Of a stretch of 64,000 nucleotides of DNA, positions 50,883 through 60,434 are shown piece after piece. Numbering within the stretch: the first letter of the stretch is position 1; every line of letters begins with the position of its first letter. A program made the position numbers and the translations under genes. The DNA comes from Candidatus Poribacteria bacterium. Lineage in GTDB: Bacteria; Poribacteria; WGA-4E; PCPOR2b. The notes under the pieces were generated by a model. It saw only the letters and a program-made list of their open reading frames with translations. It was not told the DNA's origin and did not search any database. The stretch lies in the NCBI GenBank assembly GCA_965208325.1, contig OZ242326.1:192001-256000 (forward strand), in the 5' to 3' direction.

Positions 50883-52664
50883 CTAAAACACATGACCGAT
50901 TCCGTAGGTGATTACGGGCTTGAGCGAGAATTTCCCGGTAATGTCCAGAGGGTAGGCCAAATCCAATCGATATACGCGAGATTCGGTCAATTTGGGAAGG
51001 CTAAACCTTAATCCAAAACCGATGCTCCGCTTTGACGCCCGAAGGTTGAACGCTGCTCCATTCCAGACGTACCCTACATCTGCAAAGATAGCCGATCCAA
51101 GCACAATCAGCGGCTCCACCTTTTTGAAAATTCCGCCTCTAAAGATTGTTCTGCTTTCGAGATTCAGTAGCATTTTTTTCTCTCCGCTAAACGCCCAACT
51201 GCTATAGCCGCGCAGCCCGCTCGTCCCGCCGAGAATCACCTGCCGTCGCCCGCCAAGGTCGAATCCCATCACTGTTGAGATTTGCGCGACAAGCGTCTGA
51301 TACAGCAAATCCTTGCATGTCGTTTTAATTTTCGCCGTGAGAACCGAGTCGCCAAGCTGTTCTGTCAATCGCGTTGCAAATTCAGTATGCGCATTCAGAA
51401 AAAGGAAATCTTGATGCGCATGAGATTGCGCGAGTCTCACACTTAAGTTTGTCTGTGTCCGATCCGAATCGAATAGTCGCGAGGCATGACCAATCGAAAC
51501 ACCGTACCTATATCCGACTTCAAAATCTTCGACGCGTCCCATCTGATTCAGGAAACGGGTGCGAATAAAATCAACATGCCTCCGTCCTAACGTTATCCCT
51601 ACGATTTTTAAATTGCGATTCTCAAAATTGGCATCAGATTGTGCAATTTTCTCAATTAGATTAAAGTCGGATTTCTGAGAGGATGCCCAGAGGGAAACCT
51701 GCGTTTGCTTGTGACGGCTGCCAAAGTAATGCGTGGCTCTGGCGGAATGGATTTGCTGGCTGCGTGTATAGGTGTCAGTTTTTTTGCCGTTCTCATACCA
51801 CCGAATTTCATCAATGGACTCGGATAACGTAAAATCAGCGCTCCATCGGGTTTTCAGGGAGTATTGCGGGCGCCGCAACCGAACCTGCCACGAATCCCCT
51901 TCCCGTTTCTGCGTAAATTGTCCATCAAATTCCCAGTAAGAATCGAACATGCGCGATGCTGTATAACGGCTTCTGATTAAACTGCGCGGCTCTTCCCCTT
52001 CCTCGCGGATGAGCTGGTAACGAATCCGTCCCCTATTCCCGGATCCGAACAAGTTTGAATCCGAAAGCATGATTAACAAGTTGGAACTATCTTTGTTAAA
52101 TGCGGGTAAATCTAACGCGGGTATAAATGACCATAAATCGGCGACTTCAACTTGAATCCGGACAAGCTGCGTTTCCGAATCTCGGCTGGCTACAATCTCG
52201 GCTTTTCCTAGATACGGCTTTCGGCGAAGGATACGCTCACTTTCCAATTCATCCTCCACCGTGTACGTATCGCCGACCTGGAAGAGAAGTTCTCGTTGAA
52301 TCACGTGATCGTTCGATCGAGTGTTCCCCGTCACGGTAATTTTCCCGATTTTACCTTCGTCAATGGGAATACGTAGGTAAACACCATCAGAGAACCGTTT
52401 GATCGCTACCTGTTCTTCATCAATGCGTGCGAATTGAAATCCATTACTCTGATAAAACACCACAATCTGTTCGAGGTCTTGCTTTAGATTTCCCGCGTCG
52501 TAATCCGCCCCGATTTGGCTGTGCATCACATCACTAATCTGATCCTCTGTATACGCCTCATTCCCGACAAGGACAATATTGCGGATGAGATCGGAATTTG
52601 CATGTATGGATTTGGGAAGCACAGCGGTTATGACAATTAGTGCGAGAAGTTCAAATAGCTTCAT
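50883..52664 (-). CDS. Omp85 (BamA/TamA-like) outer-membrane protein with about two POTRA domains
   Basis: POTRA patterns (IVLVGNEAY, ITVTGNTRSNDHVIQREL), DSNLFGSG, LGGTSGLRGY, FADVG, GFGLRF, C-terminal YGIGHVF; likely start ATG 52664. Confidence 0.88.
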   Translation of the reverse strand: MKLFELLALIVITAVLPKSIHANSDLIRNIVLVGNEAYTEDQISDVMHSQIGADYDAGNLKQDLEQIVVFYQSNGFQFARIDEEQVAIKRFSDGVYLRIPIDEGKIGKITVTGNTRSNDHVIQRELLFQVGDTYTVEDELESERILRRKPYLGKAEIVASRDSETQLVRIQVEVADLWSFIPALDLPAFNKDSSNLLIMLSDSNLFGSGNRGRIRYQLIREEGEEPRSLIRSRYTASRMFDSYWEFDGQFTQKREGDSWQVRLRRPQYSLKTRWSADFTLSESIDEIRWYENGKKTDTYTRSQQIHSARATHYFGSRHKQTQVSLWASSQKSDFNLIEKIAQSDANFENRNLKIVGITLGRRHVDFIRTRFLNQMGRVEDFEVGYRYGVSIGHASRLFDSDRTQTNLSVRLAQSHAHQDFLFLNAHTEFATRLTEQLGDSVLTAKIKTTCKDLLYQTLVAQISTVMGFDLGGRRQVILGGTSGLRGYSSWAFSGEKKMLLNLESRTIFRGGIFKKVEPLIVLGSAIFADVGYVWNGAAFNLRASKRSIGFGLRFSLPKLTESRVYRLDLAYPLDITGKFSLKPVITYGIGHVF

Positions 52665-52701
52665 CGGCGAGTTTAATCGTGAATTGACGCACCGCGCAAT
52701 C

Positions 52702-54837
52702 CTAGATTCTACTAGAGGTTTGTCTGGCTTGAACAGTGTCATCGGGGATTGCACGTTTGTGATTGGATAGGATGGTTTCAACCAACATGAGAACAAGGGC
52801 GATTAGCAGCAGTTCACCCCAAATCTCCTTACCGACTCGATAGTCTTTGAGCGTTTGCCTCAACGACTCTTGGGTTACCGAGATGTCTCCCATGGCACCA
52901 ATTCTTTTGGATGCATCGTGAATCGGTATCTGCCGAAGACGCGATTCTGTTGGATCGACGTTGACCGCAAAAAAATCACGTATCCGCCTATTGTTGCCCT
53001 CGATTTCAACCTGATAAATCCCTGGCGTATCCGTACCGCCAAAAATCACCGTTCCATCTTCCGCAATTGGTACCGGCGTGGTTTTCGTTTCACCTGCATG
53101 TCCCACTGAAGCAGTCGCCGCAACCCCTTGCCGGTAACCTGCTGCGAAAGGTTGCCCGACAAGCAGAGATTTGTGCCGGGCCGATTGAACCGCCTTCGCG
53201 TAAAGCACAGTTTGCTGTAACAACGGCAAAAATAGGGGATTGACAAGCAAAGTTGAAGCTTTTCTGTCGGTTGCCGAAACATTAAACAGCAGTGCAGTCC
53301 CTAACGCAATTGGGCGTTCGATAAGAAAAGGTGTCGCATCGCTGAATTGTGCGATCACTTTCCCTTGTTCGCTAGGCTGTAGCGTCAAACCGCTAATAAA
53401 CTGTGGGGCGTATTCGCCGGAAAAGTCGCTTGGTTGATAAACTTCAACAATCGCGTGATCCAAATGGCTTCCAGATACCGTTAGCGGAGTGTCCCACCGG
53501 CGCGGCGGACCAAAACTTGCTGGAAGCCAGTCAGCAAACTCATTGTAGGTCGTTAGGTCGAGATCGGCATTGACAAAAATGATTACACTCTTTCCAGCAC
53601 GCATGAACGATTGGAGCTGCTGCCGCGCAGACGGTGAAAGCGTAGGCAAGTCCGCTAAAATTAGAACATCATAGTCGTCTAGCGGGTAATCGTCAAACGC
53701 CGTAACTGAACAACTTGCGGGCAGAATCGTATAATCCACACCTGGTTTGAGTTGGGCTTCGGGATTCAATGCAAGGGTTAAATATAGTGTCTCATCGCCC
53801 ACGCAAAGCACACGAATTTGACCGTAGGCGCAAAGCGTAAAATAGCGGCGATTATCGGCGGTCAATCGATCCGCCGACAATTCAACATAACCCGTGTGGG
53901 TACTAGGAGATTTAAAACGATGCGTAAAGGCCGCTTTGGTCGACTGATGTAATGCCGATTCAGATTGATCGCTTTGAGTAATCTTCAAGTCGGGAACAAT
54001 GGATTGCCGCTTTTCGCCGTTAACAAATAGCGTTAAAACCGTTTCCGGCAACGACCCGTCAGAATGAACGCCGACTTTAGTGTTCAGTTGAAACGGGCGA
54101 TTTACACCAATTAGTTGGGTAGATTCGCCAAGTTCTTCAATACTAATGTTATCTCCAGCTTCCTCCCCGACGGGAAGTAGAAAAATCCGCGCACCTGATC
54201 GATTGGGCGCGCGAACCCAGTTATCCCAGCCATTCTGATTAAAATCGGAAATGAGGTAAATCTCCTTATTCCGATCGATTGACTTTTCGAGAATATCATG
54301 CGCCATTTCGATGCTGGACGGTACGTACGTCGAGCGAAACGAAACCTGTGCTTCGTCAATGGCGGACATCACCTGTTCAAGATCTTTTGTTAATTGCCGG
54401 AATATTGGGTTGGGAATGTCAGACATCAATATGAGAGCTGCACTGTCGCCGCGTGGGAGCAATTGGACAACTTCGCGCGCCATCGCCCTCGCCGTTTCAA
54501 ACCGTTCTCCCTGAATGCCTTTATACCCCATGCTATAAGAGTTATCCAGTATGATGACGTTGCTTGCGTTCGCTCTGGCGTCCGCGAGGAGAAACGGACT
54601 CTTGAGCAATGGCCGAGCCAGTGCGAGAGCAATAAGAATGATTATCGCCATGCGGAGAAACAGAATCAATAGATGTTTAAGCTGAATACGCCGAACGCTT
54701 TGTCGATGCGCGGCCAACAAAAACATCAAGCTGCTAAAATCCACTGTCTTTGCTTGTCGGCGGCTCCACAAATGGATAATCAGCGGCACGGCAGCAGCAA
54801 GCATTCCAAGCAGAAAAATCGGGTTAAGAAATCCCAC
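52702..54837 (-). CDS. BatA N-terminal domain plus vWA domain membrane protein
   Basis: FLNPIFL...PLIIHL...FSSLMFL...LARP, MIDAS-like ILDNSYSM, ISDF, FAVNVDPTES, C-terminal TM. Confidence 0.88.
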   Translation of the reverse strand: MGFLNPIFLLGMLAAAVPLIIHLWSRRQAKTVDFSSLMFLLAAHRQSVRRIQLKHLLILFLRMAIIILIALALARPLLKSPFLLADARANASNVIILDNSYSMGYKGIQGERFETARAMAREVVQLLPRGDSAALILMSDIPNPIFRQLTKDLEQVMSAIDEAQVSFRSTYVPSSIEMAHDILEKSIDRNKEIYLISDFNQNGWDNWVRAPNRSGARIFLLPVGEEAGDNISIEELGESTQLIGVNRPFQLNTKVGVHSDGSLPETVLTLFVNGEKRQSIVPDLKITQSDQSESALHQSTKAAFTHRFKSPSTHTGYVELSADRLTADNRRYFTLCAYGQIRVLCVGDETLYLTLALNPEAQLKPGVDYTILPASCSVTAFDDYPLDDYDVLILADLPTLSPSARQQLQSFMRAGKSVIIFVNADLDLTTYNEFADWLPASFGPPRRWDTPLTVSGSHLDHAIVEVYQPSDFSGEYAPQFISGLTLQPSEQGKVIAQFSDATPFLIERPIALGTALLFNVSATDRKASTLLVNPLFLPLLQQTVLYAKAVQSARHKSLLVGQPFAAGYRQGVAATASVGHAGETKTTPVPIAEDGTVIFGGTDTPGIYQVEIEGNNRRIRDFFAVNVDPTESRLRQIPIHDASKRIGAMGDISVTQESLRQTLKDYRVGKEIWGELLLIALVLMLVETILSNHKRAIPDDTVQARQTSSRI

Positions 54838-54893
54838 AGTTTCTCTCTTCTCTATGAATTACGGCGATTAAACCAAAATGCGCCTAACCTAAA

Positions 54894-55092
54894 ATTATAG
54901 TTTAAACACTGAACAAAGTTCAAGGCGAAAATAGGGGCCAATTCGCCGACTAAATGGGACCGAAAGACAGTGGCAACAGACGATTGGGGATTCAAAATAG
55001 GCGGCGATCCGCCGCATTCTACCGCTGGCGGTTCAGCGAGAGCTGAATGACTGTATTTTGTTGTTGCGTCTGCACGCCGTTTATGATATATT
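54894..55092. promoter_or_regulatory. Divergent sigma70 promoters between the BatA/Omp85 genes and the TolB-like cluster
   Basis: Minus strand TTGAAC-18-TATAAT (54923-54894); plus strand TTGCGT-17-TATATT with TG (55064-55092). Confidence 0.5.
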
Positions 55093-55272
55093 GTGAATTA
55101 TCTGCGTTTGTGCCGTGTAGCATTGCCGGTTAGAATTTTGAAAAAAGATTCGTCACTGAAGTAAATGAGAGGCAAACGATTTAATTGATTTTATTCACGA
55201 TGCAGGAACTACGTAGTGGTTCGCAAAAAAGGGCAAGACATTAAGGAAGTTGAAATCCGAAAGGAGTTCGCG

Positions 55273-56289
55273 ATGCGGATGAAATACACAACGGCCCTGT
55301 ACATGGTAACGCTCATCTCTGCAGCGTTATTTAACGGAATGATGCTAAGCGAAGTGCTTGCAGAGGCGCCCAAGGATGAACTGATTGCTTTCTCGACAAA
55401 TCCGGTTCAGGAGAGTGGAATCTGGTTGATGGATCCTGATGGTAAGAACCAACGCGCACTTCTAGTAATAGAGGGGAAGCCAGTGCCGCTCGGGTTGGTT
55501 TGGTCACTAGACGGAACCCGAATTGCATTTCACACCGAAATAAATGAAAACATCGATGTTTATGTAGTTGATGCTAATGGTCAAAATCTTTTGCAGCTCA
55601 CCAACCATGAGGCGGAAGATAGCTGGCCCACATGGCATCCGGGCGGTCAGAAACTCGCCTTTTGCACCAACCGCGATGGTAATTATGAAATTTATGCGGT
55701 CACATTGGCTGGACAAGGATTGGTCAACCTCACCAACGACCCCGTTAGGGACAGAGAGCCGGCATGGTCCCCGGATGGCCGAAAGATTGCCTTCGCTTCC
55801 AAGCGAGGCAAGAGCCTAGGAGATATCTGGGTGATGGACAATCATGGCGGCAACCTTCAAAATCTTACAAATGTCCGTGGTCAAGACTTACAACCTAGAT
55901 GGTCGACAGACGGTGAGAAGGTTGGGTGGACCTCGCGTCGTGACGGCTCGGAGGAGATTTGGGCAATGGACGCAGACGGCGCCAACGAGTTGAAAGTCAG
56001 CAGCAAGCAAGACCCAAATCCCGGCGGCAGTTTCGACTGTTCAGAGCCAAGTTGGAAACCCAACGGTAAAGAGATTGCGTCAACCGCGCTAGGCGGGGGT
56101 AGTGCAACTATCCGCATTCACGCTGCGAACGGTAGTCTACAGCGGTTAGACCTTACACGCCAGGGCAGGCAAAACCGTTCTCCCGCGTGGTTTGACCCAG
56201 ACTTCGCTATAGTGGAATTTTCAGTATCTCCAGCCGAGAAACAGGTTTTAACCTGGGGTTGGCTCAAGCGGATGGGGCAGGAAAATTGA
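55273..56289 (+). CDS. Secreted TolB-like PD40 beta-propeller with a WGxLK tail (paralog 1)
   Basis: AAGGAG before ATG 55273, signal peptide, WSPDG-type repeats, tail SVSPAEKQVLTWGWLK. Confidence 0.9.
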   Translation: MRMKYTTALYMVTLISAALFNGMMLSEVLAEAPKDELIAFSTNPVQESGIWLMDPDGKNQRALLVIEGKPVPLGLVWSLDGTRIAFHTEINENIDVYVVDANGQNLLQLTNHEAEDSWPTWHPGGQKLAFCTNRDGNYEIYAVTLAGQGLVNLTNDPVRDREPAWSPDGRKIAFASKRGKSLGDIWVMDNHGGNLQNLTNVRGQDLQPRWSTDGEKVGWTSRRDGSEEIWAMDADGANELKVSSKQDPNPGGSFDCSEPSWKPNGKEIASTALGGGSATIRIHAANGSLQRLDLTRQGRQNRSPAWFDPDFAIVEFSVSPAEKQVLTWGWLKRMGQEN

Positions 56290-56365
56290 AACGCTCCTAT
56301 CCACTCAGTTTTCGGCCTCCTCCTTATCGAAACTCGCTTCATGACGCCAAGCAATGAGGCGGTCT

Positions 56366-57415
56366 ATGCGATTTAAAAACACGTTGTCCATTCACATGAC
56401 AGTGTTCGCTGTTGTTTTTCTTGCCAGCTTTTTCACGATGGTCGTCGCATTTGCGCAAGCACCCGATAGGGCAACTATTGCATTCTCCACCAACGACGAA
56501 GCCCAAGGCGGCATCTGGTTGGTAGACATTGATGTGCGCGGTGGACAGGGAAAAGGCGATGTCCATGTCCAAAATCAGCGCGTTCTTCTGGCAATTGATG
56601 GAAACCCCATTCCATTGGGTTTGGTGTGGTCGCCGGAAGGGCGAAGAATTGCCTTCCATACGCAGATTGATGAAAATATTGATGTTTATGCGGTCGACAG
56701 CGATGGACAAAACCTGCGTCGACTCACCGACCATGAGGCGGAAGATAGTTGGCCGAGTTGGCATCCGGGCGGTGAAAAAATTGCTTTCTGCACAAACCGA
56801 GATGGGAATTTCGAAATCTACGTGATGTCGTCAACTGGGCAGGGGTTATTCAATCTCACCAACGACCCCGCCAAGGATAGGGAACCCGACTGGTCGCGAA
56901 ATGGACGCCTAATTGCATTTGCTTCCAAGCGCGGAAAAAGCTTGGGGGACATATGGGTGATGGATAGCAGCGGTGGAAACCTGAAAAATATAACGAATGT
57001 CCGCGGTGAAGATATGCAGCCTAGGTGGTCGTGGGACGGTCAGAAAATTGCTTGGACATCTCGCCGAAACGGGAACGATGAAATTATGACGATGGACGCC
57101 GCAGACGGCGGCAATCTACTAAAGATTAGCGATCTCAAGGATGCGAGATCGCAGGGGCGACCCAATCGGGAACCGAGCTGGAAACCCGACGGCAGGGCAA
57201 TCGCCGCGCCTGCCCTTGGCGGCGGCAAGTCGTTCATCATGATTCATCCGGCAGATGGGAGTTTGCAATGGCAGGACCTTCCCGCTGTGGGCATTCAAAA
57301 CCGTTCCCCGACATGGTTCGATCCTGAGTATGTTATAGAAGAATTCTCCGTATCCCCCGCCGAGAAACAAGTCTCAACATGGGGTCGGATTAAACAGGCG
57401 GTACAAAACAATTAA
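56366..57415 (+). CDS. Secreted TolB-like PD40 beta-propeller with a WGxIK tail (paralog 2)
   Basis: Signal peptide, PD40 repeats, tail SVSPAEKQVSTWGRIK. Confidence 0.9.
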   Translation: MRFKNTLSIHMTVFAVVFLASFFTMVVAFAQAPDRATIAFSTNDEAQGGIWLVDIDVRGGQGKGDVHVQNQRVLLAIDGNPIPLGLVWSPEGRRIAFHTQIDENIDVYAVDSDGQNLRRLTDHEAEDSWPSWHPGGEKIAFCTNRDGNFEIYVMSSTGQGLFNLTNDPAKDREPDWSRNGRLIAFASKRGKSLGDIWVMDSSGGNLKNITNVRGEDMQPRWSWDGQKIAWTSRRNGNDEIMTMDAADGGNLLKISDLKDARSQGRPNREPSWKPDGRAIAAPALGGGKSFIMIHPADGSLQWQDLPAVGIQNRSPTWFDPEYVIEEFSVSPAEKQVSTWGRIKQAVQNN

Positions 57416-57495
57416 CGTATCTCTCGTCATGAATGTACCTGAAAACCCTGGTCTCCAATCCGCTTAAAGGCTTGGAGCTCGAAAGGAGATGAGCT

Positions 57496-58476
57496 ATGCG
57501 CGTGGTTAAATTTGTCGCTTTCGTGCTCCTTAGCGGCATGTTAGCAAGCGTGGAGTCGGCAGAAGCACCCAAAGAAGAGACGATGGCGTTTTCCACCAAT
57601 CACGTTGGGGAAGCCGGCATCTGGTTAATGGATCCTGACGGGGGTAACCAACGCCCGCTTCTGGTAATAGGAGGCAACCCAATACCGCTGGGTATAGTGT
57701 GGTCTTCTGACGGCAGCAAAATTGCCTTCCATACAGAAATAAATAAAAATATAGACATCTATGTGGTTAATGCCGACGGGCAAAATCTTCGGCAACTCAC
57801 CGACCATGAGGCAGAGGATAGTTGGCCAACCTGGCACCCCGCCGGTCAAAAACTTGCCTTTTGCACCAACCGAGATGGGAATTTTGAAATCTATTCGGTC
57901 ACGTTGATCGGGCAGGCATTGAATAACCTCACCAATGATGCGGTTAAGGACAGGGAACCGGCGTGGTCCCCAGACGGTCGTCAGATTGCTTTCGCTTCGA
58001 AGCGAGGCAAAAGCCTTGGGGATATATGGGTCATGGATAACAGTGGCGGAAACCTGAAAAACCTTACAGACGTTCGCGGGCAGGACACAGAACCTAGATG
58101 GTCATGGGACGGTCAGAAAATAGGGTGGACCTCCCGACGAAATGGAAACGACGAAATCTGGATTATGGACAGTGCTGATGGCGGAAATCTGTTGCAAATT
58201 TCGGACGTCAAGGATAATAGCGACCCGAATCGGGAACCAACCTGGAAACCGGATGGGAAAAAAATCGCTTCGCCGGCGCTGGGAGGTGGCTCCGCGACTA
58301 TTCGCGTACACCCGACAGACGGTAGTCTAAAGTGGAATAACCTCCAACGCGTCGGCACGCAAAATCGTTCCCCAGCTTGGTTTGACCCGGACTTTGTTGA
58401 AGAATTTGCCGTATTCCCCGCCGATAAAAAAGTTTTGACTTGGGGTTGGCTAAAACAGGCCGGAACGGAAAATTGA
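57496..58476 (+). CDS. Secreted TolB-like PD40 beta-propeller with a WGxLK tail (paralog 3)
   Basis: AAGGAG RBS, signal peptide, PD40 repeats, tail AVFPADKKVLTWGWLK. Confidence 0.9.
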   Translation: MRVVKFVAFVLLSGMLASVESAEAPKEETMAFSTNHVGEAGIWLMDPDGGNQRPLLVIGGNPIPLGIVWSSDGSKIAFHTEINKNIDIYVVNADGQNLRQLTDHEAEDSWPTWHPAGQKLAFCTNRDGNFEIYSVTLIGQALNNLTNDAVKDREPAWSPDGRQIAFASKRGKSLGDIWVMDNSGGNLKNLTDVRGQDTEPRWSWDGQKIGWTSRRNGNDEIWIMDSADGGNLLQISDVKDNSDPNREPTWKPDGKKIASPALGGGSATIRVHPTDGSLKWNNLQRVGTQNRSPAWFDPDFVEEFAVFPADKKVLTWGWLKQAGTEN

Positions 58477-58659
58477 GTCGTATTTCGCAGCTAATTTAAT
58501 CAGTCAATGTTTGGTCTGCTGACACCAACGTGCCGCGATGATTCACCATGCGCGCGATCTGTCGTTATGTGGATTGAAAAGCCGTCGGCAGCTTAACGCT
58601 TGTCTTGAACTCGTTTCGAAATCGGTTAATGAGGTTGATTCCACAGAAAGAGGCTGAAC

Positions 58660-59391
58660 GTGCAAATTCTCCATCTTGAAGCGGGGACTCCGTTCAAAAT
58701 GGGAAAGGGGCAAAACTGGCGCGTCGTACATCCAGACATGGGTGCAAAACAATTGACGCTAAATCACGGCGTGCACGCACCAGGGCAAGAATTTACACAA
58801 CATTTCCACGACAATTCTGAGGATATGATTGTAGTTCTTGAAGGCGGAAGCAGCGTGCGCCAGGGAGATGTCTACACACCCGTTTCTGCCCGAGAAGCTA
58901 TTTTTGTTCCGGTAGGCGAGGTTCACGGCACAGTCAACGATACGGGCAAAATGGCGCGCCTCATCAGTTTCCAATCTCCGCCGGACATGGCGCTATACCG
59001 CGGGGAACGTGATCACGCACCCAATCAAATCCCTACACCCAAACACGGCCACCAAAGCGCCGTGCAGGTTGTCGACATGGCGCGGAGCGGGCCAGTTTTT
59101 GGAAAATCGGGCGACTGGCGTTGTGTAATCTCGCCAGAGCGAGGATCGAAACACATCTCGCTTGAGTATATACGGCTGTCTTCGGGTGAAGGATTTGAAC
59201 ACGAACAAGGTGCCGCAGAAGCTATTTATGTGCTGGTTGATGGCAAAGCTGAAGTCAAAGCCGGCCGCCAGACATGGAACTTGGCGGCGAAAGATGTTAT
59301 GTTTCTCAAACCGGAAGAATCTTGCTCGATTTCACCGGTTATAGGCGGTCAGTTGCTTACATTGTTGCATTGTCGGGCTGTCGGTGGGTAG
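58660..59391 (+). CDS. Double cupin domain protein
   Basis: HFHDNSED...GEVHG metal site in the first cupin; the second cupin is degenerate. Confidence 0.85.
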   Translation: MQILHLEAGTPFKMGKGQNWRVVHPDMGAKQLTLNHGVHAPGQEFTQHFHDNSEDMIVVLEGGSSVRQGDVYTPVSAREAIFVPVGEVHGTVNDTGKMARLISFQSPPDMALYRGERDHAPNQIPTPKHGHQSAVQVVDMARSGPVFGKSGDWRCVISPERGSKHISLEYIRLSSGEGFEHEQGAAEAIYVLVDGKAEVKAGRQTWNLAAKDVMFLKPEESCSISPVIGGQLLTLLHCRAVGG

Positions 59392-59512
59392 TATTGCGTA
59401 GAAAAGCCGAAATTTTGTGGCAAAATTTGCTTACGACCGTGATTTGACATTGCGCCTGAACGAAAACGAGTAGCATTCAGTGGTGCTGATAACAAAAAAG
59501 GAGAAATCCAAA

Positions 59513-60277
59513 ATGCTGACAGAAAAACAGGTGGAGGCTTATAAACGGGATGGCCATGTCAAAGTTGAGGGTGTTTTTACTCCGGAGGAGATTGAAGAAC
59601 TCAAGAGCGAGATGATTCGGATTATTGAGGAGTGGGGTGAAGAAACCATCGGATGGCACGGTCCGTGGCGTGACCGCTATTTGCCCGAAGATGAACGCCA
59701 GAACACTAGGGCTGTTCTTCTTCATAGACCCCATTATTATTCATCGGCTTGGGGGCGTGTCCTCTTTCACCAGCGTTTAATTGGCTGCGTTCAAGCATTA
59801 ATCGGTCCCAATGTCCAGTGGCATCACACATGTCTGCATGCGAAACCGCCGGAGTTGGGTACCCCGTTCCCAATGCACCAAGATTACCCCTTTTACCCGC
59901 ATGACGGTCCAGACTTCGTGGATTGCCTAGTTCACCTTGATGACACACCGCTCGAAAGCGGCTGTCTTCGAGTGGTTCCGGGCAGTCATAAGCACGGTCC
60001 GTTGGAACACATCACAGGGTCGCATACCTCACCCCATCTCCCGCCCGAAAAATACCATCCGGACTGGGTAGACTCGGTCGCTGTTCCCGCAAAGTCCGGT
60101 GACGTGATTTTCTTTAGTTACTATACGATTCACTGGTCCGACGTCAATCGGACGCACGAATGGCGAAAGTCGGTGCGATTCGGCTATCACGCGCCCGAGA
60201 TGCGCCCGGTCGGTAGTGATCCGAGCCAACCTTACGAAAATATCATCACCGGCGGCTTTAAGGAACATAAAGCGTGA
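59513..60277 (+). CDS. PhyH-family Fe/2OG dioxygenase
   Basis: HAKPP, MHQDY, GCLRVVPGSHK, TIHWSDVN, RKSV; AAGGAG before ATG 59513. Confidence 0.92.
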   Translation: MLTEKQVEAYKRDGHVKVEGVFTPEEIEELKSEMIRIIEEWGEETIGWHGPWRDRYLPEDERQNTRAVLLHRPHYYSSAWGRVLFHQRLIGCVQALIGPNVQWHHTCLHAKPPELGTPFPMHQDYPFYPHDGPDFVDCLVHLDDTPLESGCLRVVPGSHKHGPLEHITGSHTSPHLPPEKYHPDWVDSVAVPAKSGDVIFFSYYTIHWSDVNRTHEWRKSVRFGYHAPEMRPVGSDPSQPYENIITGGFKEHKA

Positions 60278-60434
60278 GTCGAAACGGCGCAAAGCCGTTT
60301 ATTCGCTGCCCACCACCCGCCGTCAGTCCTTATCAAAGTGACGTTTCCTTTCTGTTTGACGCGCGGCAGCGCTCCCCGTTGATCGTTCGGTCGAATAAAG
60401 TTACCCACGGCGTGGAATACTGAGTCGAAATCCA

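Noticed and set aside
50883..52664. Canonical bamA
   Set aside because: Too short, about two POTRA domains, and no skp or lpxD context.
55273..58476. A true tolB / Tol-Pal locus
   Set aside because: No TolB N-terminal domain and no tolQRA or pal neighbours.
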